Of a DNA stretch of 44,854 bases, positions 17,271 to 25,468 are shown piece after piece. The stretch comes from an uncultured Clostridia bacterium (GTDB taxonomy: Bacteria > Bacillota > Clostridia > Christensenellales > CAG-917). Position numbers and translations under genes: made by a program. Position 1 is the first letter of the stretch. The number at the start of each line of letters is the position of its first letter. Location of the stretch: the NCBI GenBank assembly GCA_947589635.1, contig CANQCC010000002.1, positions 1 through 44,854 of the forward strand, given 5' to 3'. The notes under the pieces were generated by a model. The model saw only the letters and a program-made list of their open reading frames with translations, was not told the origin of the DNA and did no database searches.

Positions 17271-17324
17271 GCGCGAAAGCGTAAATACACAAACTCGCTC
17301 GGAGGGAGCGGCTTGCGATCTTGC

Positions 17325-17347
17325 GGACGAATCTCGTCCTCTTTTTC
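17325..17347 (+). terminator. Riboswitch expression platform: short terminator hairpin plus U-run
   Basis: GGACGA (17325-17330) pairs with TCGTCC (17334-17339), followed by TCTTTTT. A second hairpin, AGCCTCC (17358-17364) with GGAGGCT (17373-17379), sequesters the SD of the downstream gene. Confidence 0.55.
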
Positions 17348-17385
17348 CGCGCGCCGAAGCCTCCTTGCGACAGGAGGCTATATTT

Positions 17386-17853
17386 ATGGGCAAAAAACTC
17401 GGCAAAATTTTAGTGATCGCCGTCGTAGCGCTGCTTGCGCTGTCTCTTATGACATTTGCAGGCTGCGACAAGCTGAAAGACCTTGGCAAACCCGTCATCG
17501 AGACGGGCGACAAGCAAGCGACCGTCATCATCGGCGAGGACAGCTACCTTGTCAAGACGGACGCGATCTACGTGCACGAGCTGCTTGTTCAGCTTAAAGA
17601 CGCGAACATCATCAAGTATGAGTTTAGCGAAAGCGAGTACGGCGCGTATATCGTCGCGCTTGGAGGCCTCAGCCTTGGGGAGCGCGCGTTTGTCGCGGTC
17701 TATCACGACATAGACGACGATACGCTTATAGACTATGAGTACGGCACGTCGCTTACCTATGGCGGCAAGCAGTTTCACTCCTCCAACCTGGGGGTGAGCG
17801 CGCTGCCCGTGTATGACGGCGCAAGCTATCTTTTCAAAGTGGAAGTCTATTGA
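17386..17853 (+). CDS. Lipoprotein, DUF4430-like (transcobalamin-like) putative corrinoid-binding protein
   Basis: Signal peptide with the lipobox TFAGC, and AGGAGG upstream of the ATG. It lies directly behind a B12 riboswitch. The family assignment comes from context and overall resemblance and is not verified. Confidence 0.7.
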   Translation: MGKKLGKILVIAVVALLALSLMTFAGCDKLKDLGKPVIETGDKQATVIIGEDSYLVKTDAIYVHELLVQLKDANIIKYEFSESEYGAYIVALGGLSLGERAFVAVYHDIDDDTLIDYEYGTSLTYGGKQFHSSNLGVSALPVYDGASYLFKVEVY

Positions 17854-17886
17854 TCAGGCTTGCGCGATAGGACAAGATGATAAAGC

Positions 17887-18603
17887 ATGTTGCGCGGCTC
17901 TGAAAGCAAACGGAATAGGGGAAGGCTCGCGACGCTGTACGTCGTCAGGGTGGCGTTTCTTGCCGCCCTTCTTACCGTAGGCAAACTTGCGCTGTCCTTT
18001 GTGCCCAACGTCGAGGTCGTCACGCTGTTTGTCATAGTGTACGGCTCCGCGCTCGGCATCGCGTACGTCCTGCCCGCCACGCTCATCTTCTGCGCCGTCG
18101 AGGTCGCGCTGTACGGAGTGGGCAGCTGGGTATTGCTGTACTTTGTGTATTGGCCGCTGCTCGGGGTTGTTTCCGCGCTTGTTTTAAGAGGAAAAAATCC
18201 TGTCGTCGCCGTCATAATAGGCGCGGTCGGCAGCGCGCTTTTCGGGCTGCTTTCGGCGTGCTGCACTACGCTGTTCGCCGTAGGCAACCTTGCCGCAAAC
18301 AGGCTGGGCAACTATTTCATGGCGTATTGGCTAAGAGGTCTCTATTTCGATCTTATCCACGTCGTCTCCTCCGCCGTGACCGTAGGCGCGCTGTATCTGC
18401 CCCTCGTCAAGGTCATGAACATCGCCGCAAGCGACGTCTGCCTCTCGCGGCGGGTGAGGGGAGGAAGAGCCGCGCGGATAAAAGACGAATATGTCCGCGT
18501 TCCGAGGCGTTCGGCAGAGGCCGACGGCGCGGCGGTCGACGTCGCCGTGACGGAAGATGTAAACAATGCCGAAGATAGCGCGGAAGCAAATGCCTTGTCG
18601 TAG
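17887..18603 (+). CDS. ECF-transporter S-component-like integral membrane protein (candidate corrinoid-specific, CbrT-like) with a charged C-terminal tail
   Basis: 238-aa ORF with about six hydrophobic helices, in the same riboswitch-controlled operon. No ATPase or T component is adjacent. Confidence 0.6.
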   Translation: MLRGSESKRNRGRLATLYVVRVAFLAALLTVGKLALSFVPNVEVVTLFVIVYGSALGIAYVLPATLIFCAVEVALYGVGSWVLLYFVYWPLLGVVSALVLRGKNPVVAVIIGAVGSALFGLLSACCTTLFAVGNLAANRLGNYFMAYWLRGLYFDLIHVVSSAVTVGALYLPLVKVMNIAASDVCLSRRVRGGRAARIKDEYVRVPRRSAEADGAAVDVAVTEDVNNAEDSAEANALS

Positions 18604-18741
18604 CTATACACAAGCCATGGCGAAATACAACTATAAAGGCGATATCAAGCCATAGCGATACAAAGTCATAGGTAAGCCATAGCGACGCTAAGTCCTATTT
18701 GTATGCGCATATGCGGGCGTCATGCGTGTTGCGTGCAGGCG

Positions 18742-19071
18742 CTATGCGCGTGCGCGAGTATTTTTCGCCGCCGATGAGGAATCTATTATGTTCTTCACGC
18801 AGACGTAGTCGGACGCAAGCTGAATTATGTAGCGCTGTCTCTCCTCGTGCGAGAGGGAGCGCATTTTGTTTTCGTCCGCAAGCTGGGCGATGGGATTTAC
18901 GACCTCTTCTCCCCTCTTTTTCAGGTCGCAGAGTTTAAGGTAGATGTCGCGCTGTTCGGGAGTTATGTTGCCGGGCGCGGGCGGCGTTGAATATTCGCCT
19001 GTCATAAGGCGCGCCTTCGCCTGATACGCGAGGTCTCTCAGCGCGCATTTCGGGTGTTTTATGTTGCTCAT
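18742..19071 (-). CDS. Hypothetical protein (109 aa)
   Basis: ORF with AGGAGG 7 nt upstream of the ATG. It lies downstream of yabP-yabQ on the same strand. Confidence 0.6.
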   Translation of the reverse strand: MSNIKHPKCALRDLAYQAKARLMTGEYSTPPAPGNITPEQRDIYLKLCDLKKRGEEVVNPIAQLADENKMRSLSHEERQRYIIQLASDYVCVKNIIDSSSAAKNTRARA

Positions 19072-19226
19072 ATAGGCCTCCTGTAAGTTTTCGGCTTATA
19101 TTAGCATACGGCGAGGTCAAAAGAAACAAGGGCGCAAACTAAGACAAAATGGCGTGCGAACTCCGAAAATATCGCCTTCGTCGCCCGCTTTTTCCTTCGT
19201 CCGCGCATAAAAAGGGCGAACGGAGT

Positions 19227-19580
19227 CTATTTTTGGTCGTTCTTAAAATTATCTTCGCTTTTTTGAATGGCGGATCTTCGCCTTTTTGCGCGCCGAAGGG
19301 CGCATATTGTCAGCGGAACAGAAGCGCATCCCGCGGCGTACGCCAAAGCCGCGTACAGCTCGCATTTTCCGTCGAGGATAAATTCCGCGCACAAGATGAG
19401 GCCGCCCGCTATGACAAGCGTGGCGAACAGGTCGGTAAGTATGCGTTCGGCGGCGGAAGCGCGCCTTAAATACAGCAGGGCGGGGACTCCCGCGACAAGC
19501 CCCGCGGCGAAACACAGCGCAAAGCATATCGCCTGCGCCTTCGCGTTTGCGCCGAGAGCTATCGCCATCGCCGATGTCAT
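19227..19580 (-). CDS. yabQ: Spore cortex biosynthesis membrane protein YabQ
   Basis: 117-aa protein with several TM helices. Its ATG overlaps the yabP stop (ATGA), giving the conserved yabP-yabQ order. Confidence 0.65.
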   Translation of the reverse strand: MTSAMAIALGANAKAQAICFALCFAAGLVAGVPALLYLRRASAAERILTDLFATLVIAGGLILCAEFILDGKCELYAALAYAAGCASVPLTICALRRAKRRRSAIQKSEDNFKNDQK

Positions 19581-19915
19581 TTGAATATCCGCTTTATCAA
19601 GGACGCGGGCGCGGCCTGAGAGGAGTATTTAAGGCTGTGCACCGTGCCAAGCACGCTTAAATTTCCGCCCTCCACGTCAAGGCTTTTTACGGACAGCCCC
19701 TGCCCCTGTACGACAAGCGTTTCGCCGTCGAGTTTTATTGTCATCGTCTTGTCCGAAAAGACGGGGACGTCTTTTACTCCCGTCACATACATGCTCTTTT
19801 TGTGCTCGATCTCAAGCCTGTGCGCGCCTGTCTTTGTCGTCGTAGCGCTTGCTTTTACGCTTTCGGGGGCGTAGCTTATTTGGGCGCTCTGCGCGCGGAT
19901 ATCGGATTTGTCCAT
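19577..19915 (-). CDS. yabP: Sporulation protein YabP
   Basis: YabP-like beta-rich sequence: YVTGVKDVPVFSDKTMTIKLDGETLVVQGQGLSVKSLDVEGGNLSVLGTVHSLKYS. The start is at MDKSD, with AGGAG upstream. Confidence 0.78.
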   Translation of the reverse strand: MDKSDIRAQSAQISYAPESVKASATTTKTGAHRLEIEHKKSMYVTGVKDVPVFSDKTMTIKLDGETLVVQGQGLSVKSLDVEGGNLSVLGTVHSLKYSSQAAPASLIKRIFK

Positions 19916-19931
19916 ATAGGTCTCCTTTTCA

Positions 19932-19960
19932 TTGACAATGATATTAAAAAAGTCTAAAAT
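19932..19960 (+). promoter_or_regulatory. Sigma-70-type promoter for the 19992 gene
   Basis: TTGACA (19932-19937), 17-nt spacer, TAAAAT (19955-19960). Confidence 0.55.
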
Positions 19961-19991
19961 ATATGCAAATAAGAGGGAGGCTTTTTGCGAT

Positions 19992-21287
19992 ATGGGCAAA
20001 AAACGCGGCGAAAAAGCATACGGCTACGATTGTTCCGCAAAGTTTTATCCGATCATGTCCACGTCGCGCGCGCAGAGCCTCTTTCACTTGAGCGCGACCC
20101 TCAAGGACGAGGTGGACGGGGACAGGCTTTGCCGCGCCCTCAACGACGCGCTCGGCCGCTTCGCCACGTTCAGGGTGAAGCAGATAAGAGGATACAGCGA
20201 GTATAAACTTGTAAACAACGACGCGCCCGCAAAAGTGTTTCCCTTCGACGGCCGCATACTCGCGCCGATAGACAAAAAGCTGACGGGCGGATATCTCTTC
20301 CGCCTGTCGTACAGGGGGAGAGAAGCGCGCCTCGACATGTTTCACGGGCTTGCGGACGGAGCGGGCGCGATGAAGTTTTTCCTCGCCATACTCAGAAGAT
20401 ACAGGGAGCTTGAGGGCGTAGCCTTCGACGAGGACTGCGGCATAATTTCCGTAAACTCCGCCCCCTGCGAGCAGGAGGGAGAGGACGCGTTTTTAAGATA
20501 CGCGAAGAAAATAAAACTGTCCGAAGTGGACTTGAAGGACATGGCGGGCTCCGCGCCGCATCTGAGGAAGGGCACGCCGCTTAAAGGAGGCTACGAGGGC
20601 AGGACGGAGGTCTACGACTGCGATGAGCTGACGGCGGAAGCGAAGAAGAGAGGAGTCTCCTTCACCGCCTTCATGACGGGGCTGCTTGCGATGTGCATAG
20701 AGCGGGAAAGCCGCGGCAAACGCCCCTTCGTGCTGATGATCCCCGTAAACCTCAGGCGCTTTTTCCCATCGGAGACCCTGAGAAACTTCGTCCTCTTTAC
20801 GCGCGTGGTTATTCATCCCGAAAAGTGCGCTTGCCTTGACGACTACGTCGCGGAGGCGGCGGCGCAACTTGGCGAAAACGTCACTAAGGAAAAGCTGCTT
20901 GACAAGATATCCACGACCGCAAAAGGGATGACGGCGGGAATAATGCGCGCGACGCCGCTGTTTATCAAGATATTCTTCGCAAGGATAGGGAGGCTTATCA
21001 TGCGCTCCCGCCAGACGATAATATATTCTAACCTCGGCGTGCAGACCCTGCCCGAGCAACTGGGGGCGGAGGCGCTTACATTCAATCTCAACGTCTCAAA
21101 AAACAACGTGCAGAACTTCGCCACGCTTACATATAAGGGCAATGCGTACTGCTCCGTGACTAGCGCCATAAAGGAGCGCGCGCTTGAGGACGAAATACTT
21201 AAGGCGCTGGGCGAACTTGGCATAATGCCCAAAACGGCACTTTATGCGCCGGATATTGCAAATAAACCCGCGAATGCGGACAAATAG
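19992..21287 (+). CDS. HxxxD-motif acyltransferase (condensation / alcohol-acetyltransferase-like superfamily)
   Basis: 431-aa ORF carrying HGLADGAG (the HxxxDG catalytic motif). GGGAGG lies upstream of the ATG at 19992. Confidence 0.6.
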   Translation: MGKKRGEKAYGYDCSAKFYPIMSTSRAQSLFHLSATLKDEVDGDRLCRALNDALGRFATFRVKQIRGYSEYKLVNNDAPAKVFPFDGRILAPIDKKLTGGYLFRLSYRGREARLDMFHGLADGAGAMKFFLAILRRYRELEGVAFDEDCGIISVNSAPCEQEGEDAFLRYAKKIKLSEVDLKDMAGSAPHLRKGTPLKGGYEGRTEVYDCDELTAEAKKRGVSFTAFMTGLLAMCIERESRGKRPFVLMIPVNLRRFFPSETLRNFVLFTRVVIHPEKCACLDDYVAEAAAQLGENVTKEKLLDKISTTAKGMTAGIMRATPLFIKIFFARIGRLIMRSRQTIIYSNLGVQTLPEQLGAEALTFNLNVSKNNVQNFATLTYKGNAYCSVTSAIKERALEDEILKALGELGIMPKTALYAPDIANKPANADK

Positions 21288-21297
21288 AGGACAAAAT

Positions 21298-23085
21298 ATG
21301 AAACAACTTACCTCGGACGAGCTGAGAAAACTGTATCTTGATTTTTATCATTCGAAGCGCCACGCTGTCATAGCTTCCGCCTCGCTTATTCCCGAAAACG
21401 ATCCCACCGTGCTGTTCACGACGGCGGGCATGCATCCGCTTGTGCCATATCTGCTCGGCGAAAAACACCCCTCGGGCAACCGTCTTACCGACGTGCAGAT
21501 CTGCGTGCGCACGGGTGATATCGACGAGGTGGGCGACGCTTCGCATTGCACGTTTTTCGAGATGCTCGGCAGCTGGTCCCTCGGCGACTACTTCAAGGAG
21601 GACGCCATAAAGTGGGCGAAGGAGCTGCTGCTTGAAAAGCTCGGCTTCGACCCCGACAAGTTTGCGGTCACGGTGTTCGCGGGCAACGAGGACTGCCCTC
21701 GCGACGAGGAGAGCGCTTCGGTTTGGCGCGCGCTCGGCATACCCGAAGACAGGATATTCTATCTTGACAAAAAGCACAATTGGTGGGGACCTGCGGGCGT
21801 CACGGGACCTTGCGGACCCGACACAGAGATGTTTATAGACACCGGCAAACCAAAATGCGGCGAGGATTGCTCCCCCGCATGCGACTGCGGCAAGTATATA
21901 GAGATCGGCAACAACGTCTTTATGCAGTATTTCAAGAATGCCGACGGCACGTTTTCTCCTCTTAAGCAGAGAAACGTCGACCAGGGCATGGGGCTTGAGC
22001 GCATGCTGTGCATTTTGAACGGATACAGCTCCGTGTACGAGACCGACCTGTTCTCTTTCGCCATCGCGAAACTTGAGGAACTCAGCGGCAAAAAGTACGG
22101 CGAGGACGAAAAGGATACCGTCGCTATGCGCATAATCGCCGACCATACAAGGACCGCGACCTTCCTGCTTGGCGACATCAAGGGCATTTCCCCCTCCAAC
22201 GTCGATCAGGGATACGTGCTGCGCCGCCTGATAAGACGGGCGATGAGATATTGCCGCACCCTCGGCGTGGACGACAGCGCCCTCACTCAGCTTGCAAGGC
22301 TGTATGTGGACAAGTATAAGGACGCCTACCCCTACATCAAAGACAACGAGGAGCGCGTCGTAAGAGAACTTGAACTTGAAAGGGATAAGTTTGCCAAAAC
22401 CATAGAGCAGGGACTTAAGGAGTTTGAAAAGATAGTGGCGCACCTCCCCGAAGGCATGAAAGTCTTCCCCGGAAAGACCGCGTTCAGACTGTACGACACC
22501 TACGGCTTCCCAATCGAGATGACCGCAGAGCTTGCCAAAGAGAAGGGCTTCGACCTTGACAGAGCGGGTTACGATAAGGCTTTTGGCGAGCACCAGGCGC
22601 TTTCGAAGGCGGGCGCGGAACAGAAGTTCAAGGGCGGACTTGCCGACGGCGGCGAGCTCACCGCAAGACTTCACAGCGCCACGCACCTTTTGAACGCCGC
22701 ACTCAAAATTGTGTTGCACGACAACAATATACAGCAGAAGGGCAGCAATATAACCGCCGAAAGGCTTCGCTTCGATTTCAACTTCCCGCGGCCCCTCACC
22801 GCGGAGGAGATCGCCGAGGTTGAAAGGCTTGTCAACGAGCAGATAGCTCTCGACGTTCCCGTAAAGCTTGAGGAGATGTCCGTCGACGAGGCTAAGGCGC
22901 AGGGCGCGGTCGGCGTGTTCGCGTCAAAATACGGCGAAGTCGTCAAGGTGTACACGATAGGCTTTTCCAAAGAGATATGCGGCGGCCCGCACGCAAAACG
23001 CACGGGCGAGCTTGGCAAATTCAAGATAATAAAGGAGCAAAGCTCCTCCGCAGGCGTTAGAAGAATAAAAGCTATTCTTGAATAA
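21298..23085 (+). CDS. alaS: Alanine--tRNA ligase, short form (595 aa; catalytic, tRNA-recognition and editing core, no C-Ala domain)
   Basis: AlaRS hallmarks are present at the N-terminus: FTTAGMHPLVPYLLG, FFEMLGSWSLGDYFKE and NWWGPAG. The editing motifs are HSATHLL (HxxxH) and CGGPH (CxxxH). The ORF ends at SAGVRRIKAILE. Confidence 0.88.
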   Translation: MKQLTSDELRKLYLDFYHSKRHAVIASASLIPENDPTVLFTTAGMHPLVPYLLGEKHPSGNRLTDVQICVRTGDIDEVGDASHCTFFEMLGSWSLGDYFKEDAIKWAKELLLEKLGFDPDKFAVTVFAGNEDCPRDEESASVWRALGIPEDRIFYLDKKHNWWGPAGVTGPCGPDTEMFIDTGKPKCGEDCSPACDCGKYIEIGNNVFMQYFKNADGTFSPLKQRNVDQGMGLERMLCILNGYSSVYETDLFSFAIAKLEELSGKKYGEDEKDTVAMRIIADHTRTATFLLGDIKGISPSNVDQGYVLRRLIRRAMRYCRTLGVDDSALTQLARLYVDKYKDAYPYIKDNEERVVRELELERDKFAKTIEQGLKEFEKIVAHLPEGMKVFPGKTAFRLYDTYGFPIEMTAELAKEKGFDLDRAGYDKAFGEHQALSKAGAEQKFKGGLADGGELTARLHSATHLLNAALKIVLHDNNIQQKGSNITAERLRFDFNFPRPLTAEEIAEVERLVNEQIALDVPVKLEEMSVDEAKAQGAVGVFASKYGEVVKVYTIGFSKEICGGPHAKRTGELGKFKIIKEQSSSAGVRRIKAILE

Positions 23086-23122
23086 CATCTTCGTCCAAGC
23101 CAAAAGCGTTTGGGAGCGCGCT

Positions 23123-23947
23123 ATGCAAAAGTTCGATACTCATGTTCATTCAAATCATTCGCATGACGGCAAGTTCGGAATTGACGAGCTTGCCCGTCTT
23201 GCTTCATCTCATGGAGTCGACGGATTTTGCATAACCGACCACCTCGATCTTGACCTCGAATGGGGCGAGTGCAAGTCCGCTTTTGTTTGGAAAAAACTGC
23301 GGCTTGAAGATTACTATCAAAGCTATCTTAATGCAAAAGAGGAAGTTGAACAGTGCAAAAATGGCTCGTTAAACCTGCTTTTCGGCGTAGAGGCGGGTTT
23401 TTCCGAGAAGGGGTGCGCAAGCGAAAAATACGGGGAAGTCATCGCCTCATACCCCTTTGACGAGGTGATAAACTCCACGCATTGCGTGCTTGGAAGGGAG
23501 GCGTATTTTGCGGATTATTTTTACTTCAAATCGAAGCGCAAGGCGTACGGGGACTATCTTGACGCGGTGCTTAAAAGCCTTGACGCGCCATATCCTTACG
23601 ACGTCGTCGCGCACATCGGCTATATAACTCACGGCGCGCCGTACAAGGACAAGTCGCTTGTCTACGAGGACTTCCCGGACAAATTCGACGCCATTCTCAA
23701 GGGGATAATAGAGCTTGGCAAGACGCTGGAGGTCAACTTCCATCACGCCGTCGCGCCGCACAAGAGCGTGCTGGAGCGCTACTTCGAGCTTGGAGGAAGG
23801 GCGATATCTTACGGCGGGGACAGCCACCGCGGCGAGATAGGCGAAAGGTTTGACGACTTTGTCGCGCTGGTAAAGCCCATAGGGTTTGAGGGCTATAACT
23901 ATTTTGTGCGGCATGCGCCCGTCTTCGTGCCCTTCGACAAAGATTAG
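23123..23947 (+). CDS. PHP-domain phosphoesterase (HisJ-type histidinol-phosphatase family)
   Basis: FDTHVHSNHSHDG is the N-terminal PHP metal motif. GGGAG lies upstream of the ATG at 23123 (23078 is an alternative start). Confidence 0.75.
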   Translation: MQKFDTHVHSNHSHDGKFGIDELARLASSHGVDGFCITDHLDLDLEWGECKSAFVWKKLRLEDYYQSYLNAKEEVEQCKNGSLNLLFGVEAGFSEKGCASEKYGEVIASYPFDEVINSTHCVLGREAYFADYFYFKSKRKAYGDYLDAVLKSLDAPYPYDVVAHIGYITHGAPYKDKSLVYEDFPDKFDAILKGIIELGKTLEVNFHHAVAPHKSVLERYFELGGRAISYGGDSHRGEIGERFDDFVALVKPIGFEGYNYFVRHAPVFVPFDKD

Positions 23948-24038
23948 CCCTACAAAATTGCGATATTTATTGACTTAAATTTTTTAATGGTATATATTAT
24001 TAGGCGGAAATAAATTTTGCGCATTGCGCGGAGGGTAT

Positions 24039-24815
24039 ATGAAGAAAAATCTTGCTAAAGTTTTAGCGTCCGCAAGCGCCGTCGTAGCGCTTATCCTCAT
24101 CGTCATCCTCATCGTGACCGCGTTTGGCGGCATAGACGTCGACGACTTCAAAAACAAACTGGTAAGAGGCCTCATCCTTGCGATATCCATTATGTACGTC
24201 GCGCTTGCCGCGCTTACCATCACGATGCTGTTCATTCAGGGCGAGGCGCTGCATGAGATCATCGTCAAAAACGCCAAGGGCGAAAGCGTCCGCGTAAGCG
24301 TGGGCGTCATCAAGAAGGAAATAAAGAAGGCGTGCCACAAGATAGAGGGCGTCACCTATAAGAGGATCGCGCTTATCGGCGACGGCTTCGGCGTCACGCT
24401 CAAGCTGAACGTCAAGGTCGAGGACAAGGACATCGACGAGACCGAGATAGCCATAAGATGTTTCGTCGAGGATTGCATGGCAAAGACCTTCAACTATCAC
24501 TTCAGCGCCATCGACATCAACATAATGCAGCTTGTGCCCAAGTATAAGGCGGACGACGCCGCTATCAATGCCGAGATCCAGAAGAAACTTGAGGCAAAGC
24601 GCGCCGAGGACGAAAAGCTCCGCGCCGAGGAGCAGGCAAACGAAGAGAAGTACGACGCCACTAAGGAGGAGATCGTTGCGGGTCTCAACGGACAGGCGGA
24701 GGCTCTGCCCGAGGCCGCTCCCATAGAGGAAGCTCCCGCAAGCGAAGCCGTAGAAGTCGCTCCCGCCGAGGAAGCCGTCGAAAAGAAGGCCGCGGAGACC
24801 GTGGTCGAGGCATGA
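24039..24815 (+). CDS. Membrane-anchored protein with an Asp23/AmaP-like core and an acidic Glu/Ala-rich tail
   Basis: GGAGG lies upstream of the ATG at 24039. There are two N-terminal TM helices and a beta-rich core (VRVSVGVIKKEI...GVTLKLNVKV). The family call is tentative. Confidence 0.6.
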   Translation: MKKNLAKVLASASAVVALILIVILIVTAFGGIDVDDFKNKLVRGLILAISIMYVALAALTITMLFIQGEALHEIIVKNAKGESVRVSVGVIKKEIKKACHKIEGVTYKRIALIGDGFGVTLKLNVKVEDKDIDETEIAIRCFVEDCMAKTFNYHFSAIDINIMQLVPKYKADDAAINAEIQKKLEAKRAEDEKLRAEEQANEEKYDATKEEIVAGLNGQAEALPEAAPIEEAPASEAVEVAPAEEAVEKKAAETVVEA

Positions 24816-24840
24816 CCTTATAAAACGTAAAAAAAGATAA

Positions 24841-24874
24841 GGCAAATGCGCCCAAGGGCGTATTTTGCCTCTTT
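24841..24874 (+). terminator. Rho-independent terminator
   Basis: Imperfect GC-rich hairpin, GGCAAATGCGCCC with GGGCGTATTTTGCC, followed by TCTTT. Confidence 0.5.
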
Positions 24875-24885
24875 AAGGAGTAAAT

Positions 24886-25362
24886 ATGAAAGAAGTTTAT
24901 TTGACTCAAGAGGGTCTTGAGGAGTTGCGCCAAAGACTTGACTATCTCATCCGCTATCTGCGCGGAGACGTCGCTCAGAAGTTGCAGCACGCAAGAGAGC
25001 TTGGCGACCTAAGCGAAAACGCCGAATACGACGCCGCAAAGCAGGAAGAGGGACAGGTCGCGCAGGAGATCAAGGACATCGAGGAGCGCATAAAGAACGC
25101 CGTCATCATCGAAAAGAGCGGCACTCACAAAGTCGCGATGGGCAACATCGTCACGATAGAGTATCTTGGCGAGCTTGACGACGACGATGAGGCCATCATG
25201 GACGTGCAGATCGTCGGCGAGACGGAAGCGGACTTCGCAAAGGGCAAGATCAGCAACGAATCTCCTCTCGGCAGGGCTCTGATAGGCAAAAAGAGCGGCG
25301 AGATCGCGCGCTTCAGCACCCCTCACAGCGTAGAGGAATATAAAGTCGTCTCAATCAAATAA
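24886..25362 (+). CDS. greA: Transcription elongation factor GreA
   Basis: 158-aa ORF. It carries GDLSENAEYDAAKQEQ-type coiled-coil and C-terminal GreA motifs, with AAGGAG upstream. Confidence 0.93.
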   Translation: MKEVYLTQEGLEELRQRLDYLIRYLRGDVAQKLQHARELGDLSENAEYDAAKQEEGQVAQEIKDIEERIKNAVIIEKSGTHKVAMGNIVTIEYLGELDDDDEAIMDVQIVGETEADFAKGKISNESPLGRALIGKKSGEIARFSTPHSVEEYKVVSIK

Positions 25363-25468
25363 GCCGTCTTAAGCGGCAGAAATGGCAATGCCCTGCGCCG
25401 CAGGGCGAAACGCTTCGGACATTTTCGGGGCAGACATACCGCGGGCATATCCCGCGGCAATTTGATAA

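Noticed and set aside
21244-21297. Possible T-box or leader upstream of alaS (and likewise upstream of lysS, 25363-25468)
   Set aside because: Only about 10 nt separate alaS from the upstream stop. The 106-nt lysS spacer is too short for a T-box and lacks specifier or T-box sequence features.
21199-22719. 506-aa minus-strand ORF opposite alaS
   Set aside because: Antisense shadow of a confidently identified AlaRS gene, with no RBS or domain signature.
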